Assembly: GCA_965224245.1 (NCBI GenBank)
Contig: OZ245046.1
Span: 2,496,001 to 2,560,000 of the forward strand
Reading direction: 5' to 3'
DNA length: 64,000 bases
Origin: Candidatus Eiseniibacteriota bacterium
GTDB lineage: Bacteria; Eisenbacteria; RBG-16-71-46; CAZAMP01
Shown here: positions 1-9,299 of the stretch, piece after piece
Numbering within the stretch: the stretch's first letter is position 1
Layout of the letters: the number at the start of each line of letters is the position of its first letter
Position numbers and translations under genes: made by a program
The notes under the pieces: model-generated
What the model was told of the DNA's origin: nothing
Database searches by the model: none
What the model saw: only the letters and a program-made list of their open reading frames with translations

Positions 1-1860
1 CGACGCGTTCACGCCCTGCACGTGCTCGTCCTTCTCCGCCCGACCCGTACGACGGCTCGTGGAGACGACCTCGGGAAACGCGAGAAGCGCCGCCTCGACC
101 GCACGGCCCACCTCGTCGCTGTCCTCCAGCGTGATCCCGGGAGGGTTCACGACCGAGACAGTCATCGATCCCTCGTTGAAGGGCGGGAGGAAGCTCCGTC
201 CGAGAAACGGCAACACGACCAGCGCACCCAGGAGCAACGCGCTCGTCGCGCCGAAGACGATTCGTGGGCGGGAGAGGACGCGTTCCAGGACCCGGCGATA
301 CCGGGCACCGACCCACCGCATCAGCCATGGCTCCGGGGCCGTGAGCACCCGGGGCGAGCGCAGGAAGAACCAGCATAGAACCGGTGTCACGGTCACGGAC
401 ACGAGGAGCGACGCCGCCAGGGCCACGACGTACGCGAGGCCGAGCGGCCGGAGCAGGCGGCCCTCCATCCCCGGAAGGAAGAACAGGGGCACGAACACGA
501 GAACGATGATGATCGTGGCGAAGAAGATGGCATTGAGCACCGCCGACGCCGCCTCGTGTATCACCCGCAACGAGGGTCGACGCGCGTCCGGGGGCCGTGT
601 CTGCTCCTCGCGGAGGCGCCGGAATGCGTTCTCCACGACGATGATGGCGTCGTCGACGAGTGCGCCGATCGCGATCGTGAACCCGCCGAGCGTCATCGTG
701 TTGATGGTCTGACCGAATGCCGATACGACGAGTACGCCGGTCACCAGTGACAGGGGCAACGCCAGCGTCGAGATCAGCGTCGTGCGGACGTTACCGAGAA
801 ACGCGAAGAGAATGAGAACGACGAGGATCGCACCGTGCAGCATCGCTTCCGAGATGTTGTGGATGGCCGCCTCGATGAAGTCGGACTGCCGGAAGTTCTC
901 CTTCTCGATCGTCACCCCCCTGGGAAGCGATGGGGCGAGGTCGTCGAGCACGGCGTCGATCTCCTGCATCAGCGCCAGCGTGTTCGCACCGGGCTGCTTC
1001 TGCACGCTGAGGATGACCGCCGGCTTGGTGTTGTAGGCTGCGATCCCGCGCTTCGGCTCCGCACCCACCGAGACCGTGGCGACATCGCCGACCGTCAGCG
1101 GGAGTCCGTCGATCACCCGGACGACGGCGCTCTCGAGGTCCTCCACGGAGCGGGCACGACCGAGCCCACGTACCAGGTATTCTTGCCCACGATCGACGTG
1201 AAAGCCGGCCGCCGGGCTGTGTGTGACCTCGGAGAGGGCACGAGCAATCTCCGCGACGCCGATCCCGTGCTGCATGAGCGCGGCCGGCGAGAGCTCGACC
1301 TGAAACTCGCGCACGTCACCGCCGATGGGCGTCACCTGCGAGATTCCGGGAACGGCCAGCAGGCTGCGGCGGAGAACGGTCTCGGCGACACGTCGGAGCT
1401 CACCCTGCGAGATGAGCGCCTCATCGGCGGTCAGCGCGACAAACGTGATCTCGCCCATGATGGAGCTGATCGGTCCCAGCTCCGGGGGCTCCACCTGCTC
1501 GGGCAGCGATACCTTGCCGATGCGCTCCGCGACGACCTGCCGGGCTCGGTAGACGTCCTCTCCCCACTGGAACTCGACCCAGACGACCGAGATGCCCGCG
1601 GCCGAGACCGAGCGCACGCGGCGAAGACCGGGCGCGCCGTTGAGCGCCGACTCGAGCGGGAACGTCACGAGGAGCTCCATCTCCTCGGGGGCCATGCCCG
1701 GTCCCTCGGTGAGCACGGTGACCGTCGGTGCCGTGAGGTCGGGAAACACGTCCACCGGGATCCGGCCCGCCCAGATCGCGCCCCCCACGAGCAGGACGCC
1801 CGCGACGAGCAGCATGAGACCGCGGTGGTTCAGCGAGAGTCGGATGAGTCGATCGAGCAT
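1..1860 (-). CDS. CusA/CzcA-family heavy-metal RND efflux permease (5' part; runs off the left edge)
   Basis: Not in the ORF track because there is no stop in the window. Manual translation from ATG at 1860 gives MLDRLIRLSLNHRG, DVFPDLTAPTVTVLTE and INTMTLGGFTIAIGALVDDAIIVVENAFRRL, which are typical HME-RND motifs. Confidence 0.93.
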   Translation of the reverse strand, partial: MLDRLIRLSLNHRGLMLLVAGVLLVGGAIWAGRIPVDVFPDLTAPTVTVLTEGPGMAPEEMELLVTFPLESALNGAPGLRRVRSVSAAGISVVWVEFQWGEDVYRARQVVAERIGKVSLPEQVEPPELGPISSIMGEITFVALTADEALISQGELRRVAETVLRRSLLAVPGISQVTPIGGDVREFQVELSPAALMQHGIGVAEIARALSEVTHSPAAGFHVDRGQEYLVRGLGRARSVEDLESAVVRVIDGLPLTVGDVATVSVGAEPKRGIAAYNTKPAVILSVQKQPGANTLALMQEIDAVLDDLAPSLPRGVTIEKENFRQSDFIEAAIHNISEAMLHGAILVVLILFAFLGNVRTTLISTLALPLSLVTGVLVVSAFGQTINTMTLGGFTIAIGALVDDAIIVVENAFRRLREEQTRPPDARRPSLRVIHEAASAVLNAIFFATIIIVLVFVPLFFLPGMEGRLLRPLGLAYVVALAASLLVSVTVTPVLCWFFLRSPRVLTAPEPWLMRWVGARYRRVLERVLSRPRIVFGATSALLLGALVVLPFLGRSFLPPFNEGSMTVSVVNPPGITLEDSDEVGRAVEAALLAFPEVVSTSRRTGRAEKDEHVQGVNAS

Positions 1861-1868
1861 CGCGTCCC

Positions 1869-3704
1869 TCAGTGCACGTGGCCGTGGCCGACACCCGACG
1901 ACACGAGCGTCGCGCGCCGGATGACCGGACCGCCGACGCTCACGACTCGGTCACCGGCCTCGATGCCGCGCACGATCAATCGATTCCCCTGTCGAGAGAC
2001 GATCTCCACCTCCCGGCGGATGAAGCCCTCGCCGTCGATCTGCTCGAAAACGACGGGCGTCCCCGCATCGTCGACGATCGCGCTCGCGGGGACGATGACG
2101 CCCGAACGCGTCGCCGGCAACGTCACCTCGGTCTCGACGGCGCTTCCGAGGGGAACCGGTGGCGTCCCCGCCACCTCGAATACACAGGCGACGGTTCCGT
2201 TCATCTGGCTCACCTCGGGCGCTCGCGAGACCAGTCGGGCCTCCGACTCCGAGACGATGACGGGCTCACTCATGCCGGCGCCCCGGACCGCGATGCCGGT
2301 CCCGGCGCTCCCGACGTCCATGGCCTGAGCGGGTCGAAGAAACACCTCGATCCAGTAGGGCTCCACCCGTACGACACGCCCCAGCACCTGACCGGCGGTG
2401 ACCACCTCGCCCGGGCGCACGCGAACGTCCGCGACCTGGCCGGTCAACGGCGACACGACCGGTACGCGCTCGCCACTTGCCGCACCGCCGGTGCGCCCGG
2501 CTCGCGCGGTTCGCAGATCACGTCGTGCCGCCTCGTGCTGTGCCTCGAGCGAGGTGACGTCCGCGCGGGCTGCATCGACCTCGGCGCGACTGGTCGCCTC
2601 CACGCGGAGGAGGGACTCCAGGCGAGACAGTCGCTCCTCGGCCAGCGTCAGTGCGATCCTCTTCTCCGTCTCCAGGGCCTCGAGCTCGGCGAGGCTACGA
2701 TCCGACGCGACGTGTGGTGTCAGTGCAAAGAGCTGTTCCCCGGCGGAGACGTCACGTCCGAGGTGAGGCCAGGGCGCCCCCCCGGCGACCGCGTTCATGG
2801 GCGCGGCGAGCACGACCTCCCCTCCGGCGACGGGACGAATGCGACCGGGGCCACGCGCGACGAGGTGGAGTTCGCCTTCGATCGCCCACGTCGTGGCGAA
2901 GCGCGTCTTCCACTGCTGCTCCTTCAGGAATGGAATCACCTCGCGGTCGGGATCCGGCGCGTCGCGCTCCAGGCCACCCGGGCGCTCTGGCGTCCCCACC
3001 CGGACACGACCCGCCGGAATCTCCTCCCGTCGCCCGGCGATCTCGATCCGGAAGAACAGCGCGTAGATCCCCTCGCCGGGCGGGCGCACGGCCACGTCGA
3101 AGATCCCGTCGCGCAACGCGACCTCTTCCCCGAAGACGGCGTCGCTGCCGTCACGACGCAGGATGATCTCGACGAGCCCGTCGCGCATGGGTGAGAAGTC
3201 CCGCAGGATGGTCACGTGCGTGTGAGACTTCGAGACCTCACCGGCGACGAGCGGATCGGCCTCCGCGAAGATCTCGAAGTGCTCTCCCCAGGCCGTCACC
3301 GCCCACGAGTCGTCGTCGCCGTGGTCATGCGCGTCGCCGTGGTCGTGCCCGTCGCCGTGGTCGTGCCCGTCGCCGTGGTCGTGCTTGTCGCCATGGTCGT
3401 GCCCGTGATCGGACTCTTCGTGCGCATGGCCGGGGTCCTCGTCGTCATGATCATGGGAAGCGTCCTGTGCGTGCGCGTCGTCGTGCCCCGAGGGCTCGCC
3501 GTGATCATGCTCGTGCGCATCATCGTGTTCATGGGCGCCCTCGTGTTCGTGACCGTGGTCATCGACCCGAGGAGGGACACGCATGGAGGCCTGAACGACC
3601 TCTGGGCGCTCGCGGCCGTCATCGTCCGGCGGAGCCCCCGCCGGGCCACAGCCAATCACCGCCAGAAGGGGGACGAGCGGCATCAACGCTCGGACAACAC
3701 TCAT
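1869..3704 (-). CDS. RND efflux periplasmic adaptor (CzcB/CusB-like) with lipoprotein-like signal and His-rich N-terminal region
   Basis: ATG at 3704 overlaps the upstream stop (ATGA). LLAVIGC lipobox-like start, His/Asp tract, coiled coil, lipoyl-like VSPLTGQV..V.V.PG motif, C-terminal GHGHVH. Confidence 0.9.
   Translation of the reverse strand: MSVVRALMPLVPLLAVIGCGPAGAPPDDDGRERPEVVQASMRVPPRVDDHGHEHEGAHEHDDAHEHDHGEPSGHDDAHAQDASHDHDDEDPGHAHEESDHGHDHGDKHDHGDGHDHGDGHDHGDAHDHGDDDSWAVTAWGEHFEIFAEADPLVAGEVSKSHTHVTILRDFSPMRDGLVEIILRRDGSDAVFGEEVALRDGIFDVAVRPPGEGIYALFFRIEIAGRREEIPAGRVRVGTPERPGGLERDAPDPDREVIPFLKEQQWKTRFATTWAIEGELHLVARGPGRIRPVAGGEVVLAAPMNAVAGGAPWPHLGRDVSAGEQLFALTPHVASDRSLAELEALETEKRIALTLAEERLSRLESLLRVEATSRAEVDAARADVTSLEAQHEAARRDLRTARAGRTGGAASGERVPVVSPLTGQVADVRVRPGEVVTAGQVLGRVVRVEPYWIEVFLRPAQAMDVGSAGTGIAVRGAGMSEPVIVSESEARLVSRAPEVSQMNGTVACVFEVAGTPPVPLGSAVETEVTLPATRSGVIVPASAIVDDAGTPVVFEQIDGEGFIRREVEIVSRQGNRLIVRGIEAGDRVVSVGGPVIRRATLVSSGVGHGHVH
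3315..3404. repeat. About five imperfect tandem 18-bp repeats encoding HDHGD(G/K/A/D)
   Basis: Unit gtcgccgtggtcgtgccc repeats on the + strand. Confidence 0.85.
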
Positions 3705-4918
3705 CGCGAGTCTCCATGGGTGAGAGGGCGGCCCGCGCTGATCTCCAGCCGCCGGTGCGCAAGGAGCGCCTCCTGATACAATTCGAGCGCGCGGCTGCGC
3801 GTCTCGGTGACGGATCGGAGCGCATCCAGGAGATCGGTGAGTGTCGCCTCCCCCGCGCCGAACTGCGCGGTCGCCGCCTCGATGACGGTGCCGGCTCCAT
3901 CCGTGGTCGCCATGACATCGAGAGCCACGGCTCGGAGGGATTCGTAGGCGCTCTTCGCCGCTTCGAGGTCGGAGGCGGCGCGTGCCCGGCCGACCTCGAG
4001 ACGCGCCCGAGCGACCTCCTCGTCCCGACGGGCTCGAGCGCGTTCCCCCTGTTGCCGATCGAACAGGGGGATCGTCCACTCGATACCGAGAACGGGGCCG
4101 TCGACCCCTGCATCGTCATCGTCGACGAACGTCCAGCCCCCGACGATCGATGGGAACTCCAGAAACCGACCGGCGAGGCGTCGTGAAAGCTCCGCCTGCT
4201 CGGCCTCGAGCTGCAACGCGGTCAGATCCGCCCGGGAGGTGGTGTCGAGGAATCCGCTCATCCCCGGCAGCCCGGGCCGAAGCGGGCGACGAGACGTATC
4301 CAGCCCTGGAAACAGCCCCTGGATCTCCGCGGTCACGCGGAGCAGCTCGGCTTCCGAGGTGGCAAGCGCGCTCCGGGCCGCCGCGGCCTCCAGCTCCAGG
4401 CGTCGCGCATCGAGCCCCGACTCCTCTCCGGTGGACGCGCGGGCGCGAGCCCGCACCGCGAGCCGTTCGATGCGATCGCTCACGTCGGCGAGTAGATCTC
4501 GCTCCTCGACGGCGAGCGACCAGCGCGCAAAGAGCTCACGAAGTGCCCCACGAAGGTGGAGCCGATGCCAGTCGAGCCGGTGCTCGGCGGCGGCCAATCC
4601 GCTCGCCGCCGCCTCGTTGGCAAGCCCCCTCCGACCGTCGAGCGGCGGTCGCCAGCTCAGCTCGAGCGTCGACTGGGCGGGAGCTCCGTCCGGCGCCTCT
4701 CGCTCGAAGCTCATGCCGGGGTTCTCGGTGCGGGGCGTTCGCCGATCGCCTTCCGCCGCGGCCAGCTCGTCCCGTAACGCCACGGCGGCCGGGTGGTCGT
4801 CCGTCAGGAGCGAGAGGAACGTCTCTTCGGAGATCTCACCGCGGTCGGCGGCTCCGATCGTTGTCGCCAGCATCAGTGCGACGCACGCCGTGCCCGGTGA
4901 CGAGCGTGTCGCTCTCAT
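3701..4918 (-). CDS. TolC/CzcC-family outer-membrane efflux protein
   Basis: ATG at 4918 overlaps the repressor stop. Signal peptide, amphipathic helices, GIEWTIPLFDRQQG and GEATLTDLLDA motifs. Confidence 0.9.
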   Translation of the reverse strand: MRATRSSPGTACVALMLATTIGAADRGEISEETFLSLLTDDHPAAVALRDELAAAEGDRRTPRTENPGMSFEREAPDGAPAQSTLELSWRPPLDGRRGLANEAAASGLAAAEHRLDWHRLHLRGALRELFARWSLAVEERDLLADVSDRIERLAVRARARASTGEESGLDARRLELEAAAARSALATSEAELLRVTAEIQGLFPGLDTSRRPLRPGLPGMSGFLDTTSRADLTALQLEAEQAELSRRLAGRFLEFPSIVGGWTFVDDDDAGVDGPVLGIEWTIPLFDRQQGERARARRDEEVARARLEVGRARAASDLEAAKSAYESLRAVALDVMATTDGAGTVIEAATAQFGAGEATLTDLLDALRSVTETRSRALELYQEALLAHRRLEISAGRPLTHGDSR

Positions 4919-5193
4919 CGCAGATAGGTCCGGATCACGTCGATCAGCTCTTCGGCGGCCGCGGTCTGCTCCGAGGTGGGCGTCCTCTCCGGATCGATGA
5001 CGTGGTGGCGAATGTGCCCCTCCATAACCTGGGCCATCAGCCCGTCGATCGCTCCGCGACACGCGGCGATCTGCTGAAGCGTGTCCGCGCAGTCCCGCTC
5101 CTCTTCGAGATCGCGCTCGATCGCATTCAGCTGGCCGCGGATGCGCCGCACGCGGTTGAGGAGCTTCTTCTTGTCTCGAACCAGGTGAGCCAT
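4915..5193 (-). CDS. rcnR: CsoR/RcnR-family metal-sensing repressor (RcnR-type)
   Basis: LLNRVRRIRGQ motif. His3-Cys35-His60-His64 fingerprint as in Ni/Co-sensing RcnR. GGAGGG RBS. Confidence 0.88.
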   Translation of the reverse strand: MAHLVRDKKKLLNRVRRIRGQLNAIERDLEEERDCADTLQQIAACRGAIDGLMAQVMEGHIRHHVIDPERTPTSEQTAAAEELIDVIRTYLR

Positions 5194-5216
5194 GGGTCCC
5201 TCCTGAGGCCGCGGAG

Positions 5217-5245
5217 AATACTATACCCGGGTATTGTATTGTCAA
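5217..5245 (-). promoter_or_regulatory. sigma70 promoter overlapped by a palindromic repressor operator
   Basis: Minus strand TTGACA (5245-5240), 16 bp, TAGTAT (5223-5218). Inverted repeat AATACtATACCCGGGTATtGTATT at 5217-5240. Confidence 0.8.
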
Positions 5246-5463
5246 TCGGCTGTGGTCGGCGGCATTGTCGCTGGGTCCGCATGGGTCCCAGCCCGGCCGC
5301 GCACTCGGTTCGTTGATCGAGGCACAAGGAGATGTGTAGGAGTGGAGCGTGGTGGACGCTCGCGCAGGAGCGGGTGACGCCGGCCCGGCAGGCCTGGTGT
5401 CCGGTTGGGGATCGGCACGAGTCCCGGGCATCGGAACCTCGAGCCGACGGGGCTGTGGACCGG

Positions 5464-7173
5464 TCACCGATCGAGCACGGTGTACTCCAGGTAGAGCTTC
5501 TTCTCCACGGTGCGCTTGCGAAACGCTCGCCACTCGCTCGTCGAGAGCTCGTCGGGCTTCTCGACGTGAGCGCGGTCGCTCCGGAACACGCGTCCGCGGG
5601 CCTTCTCCGAGAGAGCCGCTTCGATGGCCGGCAGCGGGTGCTGCCAGGGCTTGGACTTCGTGGTCGCCCACTTCGTGTTGGCGGGAATCATGGCGACGAA
5701 GTCGCCCCGTAGCTCGCCCTGGGCCATCCAGGCAAGATTGGGGTGGGTGTCGTCGGCTGCGCCGTCCAGCGTGGCGTTGTGCGATCCGTGGTGGCCGACC
5801 TTGTAGAACACGCAGCGAGACAGCAGCTCTCGAGCGCTGACGTTCTTCCCGTCGACCTTCCACCCCAGCTTCCTCCAGGAGATCCAGTTTCCGCGCTGGG
5901 CGTCACCGGTGAACAGCAGCACTCGCCTGGACCGCGGGAGCTCGAAGGCGAGCACCAAGCTGGTGTTGTTGACCTCGTCGTTGAGGCGCAGCGCCAGCGC
6001 CTCGACGGGCGAGCACCAGTCGTTGTCGATGCGTCGCCACGCCTCGTCGTCCGGGCCGTCGGGGACGGGCGGATCCGCCTGTTCACCGCCATAGACGGCG
6101 CGATAGAACTCCTCGCTCGAGAGCTCTGCCGCTTGGAGGTCCTCCATGCGCTCGTCGAGGGACTCGGCCGGTGCCGGCTGCCCGAACACGGCGTCGCGCT
6201 CGAGGACGTAGCGGTTCGGGAAGGGCGAGCGATCCGCAGGACTGCTGTCACCCGATGCAAACGCGGCCAGCAGCGAGCGGCTCTGGCCGTCCAGGGCCAG
6301 GGACTCTCCGCCGTCGAGCCGGAACTCCTCGTCGTGACGGGGCTCGAGGTCGAGCAACAGCCTGGTGCTCCGCGGTGGCCCGAGAGCGAAGACGTTCAAC
6401 CCTCCGACGTCGGGAAGCTCGTACGGGCCTCGGTCCGGCCTCAGAAACCTGGGCGTCTTCTCCGACTTGTCACGCAGGTACTTGATCGCTCTCTTGTTGG
6501 TGATGCCCTTGATCGTGGCCGCGAGGGCGCCGATGCCGTGTCGCTGCCGTTGGCCTGTGTCGACACCGTCGAGCGCCAGCCCGGTCAACGAGGCGGCGTC
6601 GAGGTCCGGTGCGGCCATGCGCAGAGACTCGAGGTCGGCGATCACCGCATCGGCGCCGCCGTCCTCCCCGATCTCCAGGTCGAGCAGCTCTTGCAGCCTC
6701 TCGGCACGCTCGCGGTCGGCCCGGGTCGCTCTCAGGGCCTGCAGCCTGCGATGTGCGAGCGCCAGGGACACGAGCGTGTCGTTGAAGCGGTCGCGCAGCT
6801 TGTTGGCGAAGCGATCGGAGCCATCTTCGGTCCAGGGGAGCCACACCTGTCCGACGCGGATGTCGTCGAACGCTCGCTTCTTGCTCCCCGTGCGCTTGCG
6901 GGCCAGGAACCCGTTGACGTGATCCTGATGCTCGTGCGTGACCACGACGACGTCGATGAAGCCGGCCGTCGCCTCGGCAATGTCGGCGATGATGGTGTCG
7001 ATCTTCTGGTCCTCGATCTCCGACTTCGGCTTGTAGCCGCAATCGATCAGCACGTACACCGGACGTCTCTTCGACCCGGACTTGCCCGGAAACGCGAGCA
7101 GGAAGCAGTCGCCGTGCCCCTGGCGGTACATGCGCACCGTCACCCCCGAAGAAGGCGCCTTCATGATGGCCAT
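5464..7173 (-). CDS. MBL-fold metallo-hydrolase (ComEC/Rec2-like) with large insertions
   Basis: QGHGDCFLL, LIDCG, THEHQDH, NNTSLVL, LFTGDAQ and YKVGHHGSHNAT motifs. GGGAGG RBS lies inside the upstream gene end. No signal peptide. Confidence 0.85.
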   Translation of the reverse strand: MAIMKAPSSGVTVRMYRQGHGDCFLLAFPGKSGSKRRPVYVLIDCGYKPKSEIEDQKIDTIIADIAEATAGFIDVVVVTHEHQDHVNGFLARKRTGSKKRAFDDIRVGQVWLPWTEDGSDRFANKLRDRFNDTLVSLALAHRRLQALRATRADRERAERLQELLDLEIGEDGGADAVIADLESLRMAAPDLDAASLTGLALDGVDTGQRQRHGIGALAATIKGITNKRAIKYLRDKSEKTPRFLRPDRGPYELPDVGGLNVFALGPPRSTRLLLDLEPRHDEEFRLDGGESLALDGQSRSLLAAFASGDSSPADRSPFPNRYVLERDAVFGQPAPAESLDERMEDLQAAELSSEEFYRAVYGGEQADPPVPDGPDDEAWRRIDNDWCSPVEALALRLNDEVNNTSLVLAFELPRSRRVLLFTGDAQRGNWISWRKLGWKVDGKNVSARELLSRCVFYKVGHHGSHNATLDGAADDTHPNLAWMAQGELRGDFVAMIPANTKWATTKSKPWQHPLPAIEAALSEKARGRVFRSDRAHVEKPDELSTSEWRAFRKRTVEKKLYLEYTVLDR

Positions 7174-9299
7174 CCGAAGCCTCCCTTCTCCACGTGACGG
7201 TGCAGGTTCGCGAAGGCGTTGGCCGGGGGCTCGTCGCCGGGACCGTCGAAGGCATTGAGTACCCGGCCCGCGCTACGCAGTCGGAAGTCGCGCTGTCGCG
7301 CGAGCCCGGTGTCCTCGTCCACCGCCCAGGGCGTGCGGATGACGCGCCGGATCTCGTAGGTGCCGGCGTCGATGAGCAGCGTCGAGCCGCACCGGTGGCG
7401 GAAGTCGCCTCGAGGATCGTCGACGGCCTCGCCCCGGTCCGCCCTGGCCTGGACCTCGCGGTCGAGGTAGCCGGCGCGGCTCTGCACGATCTCGACCACG
7501 TACTCCCGCTCCACCTGACCTCGGTTGCCCAGCCGGTTGGCCATGCGCACGGAGTGGACCTCGACACTCGGCAGGCCGTTGACGTTCGATCTTCGGATCG
7601 AGCGCGGTGCGCCCGGATCCATCGTCAGCCCGATGAGCTCGTGGAGAGCGGGCGACAGAGGGTTGGTGATCAGCCCCCAGAAGAGACGGGCGTAGAACTT
7701 CCGCGCCAGAAACTCGACCTCACGGTTCGCCGACAGCCCCATCTCCAGGAGGTTGCGTGACAGGACGTTCTCGCGGCTGAGCCGACCCGGCGTCTTCGTG
7801 TACGCGCGCTTGCGCAGCCGGGTGCCGACGTTGTGCGTCATCTTCTCGGCGATCCGCTCGGCGTCGGCATCGAGCTCGTTGATGATCCTGGTGCCTGCCG
7901 AATCGCTCATGTCGCCGCGCTGCCTCAGTTCCTCGAGCGCTTCGGAAGGCTGCGACAGGAGCCGGTCGAGGTCGCCCAGGAACTCCTCCACCGCGCCCGC
8001 GTCGAGGTCCGCGGCAACCTCTCGCAGCGTCGGCCACAGGAGGCTGTTCTCGGTGACGATCGGCAGGTTCTCGGGGAGGATGCCCCAGGAGGTGAACGCC
8101 TCGATGAAGGCCCGCCGGTAGCCGTTCTCGTCTTCGGGGTAGAGATCGTGGTCGGCGGTGATGATCGCTCGCAGATAGTCGCCGAAGGTGACGTTCACCG
8201 GGGGGCAGTAGTCGAGGGCACGGATGCACATCTTGAGCACGTGCTGGGCCGACTTCGAGGCCTCCTTGGCGAGACGCCGCACGAGGTCCGGGTTCAGCTC
8301 GCCCTCTGGCAGGATGCCGCTGCCGCTCGACGCGATGCGCAGCAGGTCGGCGATCCGATCCTTGTAGATGGTGAGGAAGGCGCGGAAGACCGCCGCCACC
8401 AGGATGGCTCCGCGATCGTGGACGGCGGTCGTTCCGGCCAGCACGCGATTGTCCGGCTCGCGCACTCGCCACTCTCCGTTCTCGGTCGTGCCGAGTGCAT
8501 CGCGCAGAGCCCCGCCGCGCCCGAGAGCCTGGCCGAACTCCTGTGCCAGCTCACCGAGGAGACTCTGCTTCTCGAGATCGCCCCGGGTCCTGGCGATCTG
8601 GTCGCGCAGGACCTCCGGGAACGAGAAGTGCTGGAAGATCGCCACGATGTCGGCGAAGGCCTCGTGCAGGGCCAGAACGTCGGGATTGCTGGGCTCGATG
8701 TAGCGGGGATGCATGCCGTCGAGCAGCGCATGGCACGTCTCGTGGACGACGATGTCCTGTGAGAGGCAGGTGAAGACCGTCGAGCCCGGCGCCAGGCTCG
8801 AGGAGCCTGCACCGGCGCCGAAGTAGCCGAACAGGAGCGCCTTCTTGTCCGGGTCGTAGTAGGCGTTGGCCTCGCGCAGCGCATGGGGGTAGATGCGCAG
8901 CCGACGCACGAATCCGTCGTCGCGCGACGACCAGAGTGCGACGCGCCCGAGTGCCATCTCGAAGTTCGAGATGGTGTGCATGGCCACCGCGTACACCATC
9001 TGCTGGTGGAACCTGGGGTTCTCCTCCGAGGGCTCCAGACCGTCGGAGAGCAGGAGCGCCGGCTCGTTGAGGTCGATCGGCTCGTAGAAGGCGCCGCTGG
9101 CCGGGTCGAAATCGACGACTTCCAGATACTCGCCGCGTGGTCCCAGGAACTTGCGCGAGCGGTCGACGGGATCGAGCTCCCAGGGCAACGAGATCGTGAG
9201 CTCCCGGACCCGGCGGTTGACGTACTTGTTGCCGGTGGCCGGATCGAAGGCGAAGACACGGAGGCGGCGCGGGCTCTGGGCGAAGGCGGGATCCTGCAT
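7161..9299 (-). CDS. Cytoplasmic thermolysin-like (M4/gluzincin) metallopeptidase with an extra C-terminal domain
   Basis: ANAYY, HETCH (HExxH, 8730-8744), ALHEAFAD third ligand and VHDRG motifs. GAGGAG RBS before the ATG at 9299. No signal peptide. Confidence 0.82.
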   Translation of the reverse strand: MQDPAFAQSPRRLRVFAFDPATGNKYVNRRVRELTISLPWELDPVDRSRKFLGPRGEYLEVVDFDPASGAFYEPIDLNEPALLLSDGLEPSEENPRFHQQMVYAVAMHTISNFEMALGRVALWSSRDDGFVRRLRIYPHALREANAYYDPDKKALLFGYFGAGAGSSSLAPGSTVFTCLSQDIVVHETCHALLDGMHPRYIEPSNPDVLALHEAFADIVAIFQHFSFPEVLRDQIARTRGDLEKQSLLGELAQEFGQALGRGGALRDALGTTENGEWRVREPDNRVLAGTTAVHDRGAILVAAVFRAFLTIYKDRIADLLRIASSGSGILPEGELNPDLVRRLAKEASKSAQHVLKMCIRALDYCPPVNVTFGDYLRAIITADHDLYPEDENGYRRAFIEAFTSWGILPENLPIVTENSLLWPTLREVAADLDAGAVEEFLGDLDRLLSQPSEALEELRQRGDMSDSAGTRIINELDADAERIAEKMTHNVGTRLRKRAYTKTPGRLSRENVLSRNLLEMGLSANREVEFLARKFYARLFWGLITNPLSPALHELIGLTMDPGAPRSIRRSNVNGLPSVEVHSVRMANRLGNRGQVEREYVVEIVQSRAGYLDREVQARADRGEAVDDPRGDFRHRCGSTLLIDAGTYEIRRVIRTPWAVDEDTGLARQRDFRLRSAGRVLNAFDGPGDEPPANAFANLHRHVEKGGFGWPS

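Noticed and set aside
5396-5415. tggtgtccggttggggatc as a possible attR copy of the tRNA-Glu 3' end
   Set aside because: Only a loose match to tggcgtcccggacgggatt, with several mismatches. Not distinguishable from chance.
5464-7173. MBL gene as the competence protein ComEC or a beta-lactamase
   Set aside because: It has no transmembrane competence domain and no signal peptide, and it is coupled to a peptidase rather than to com genes.
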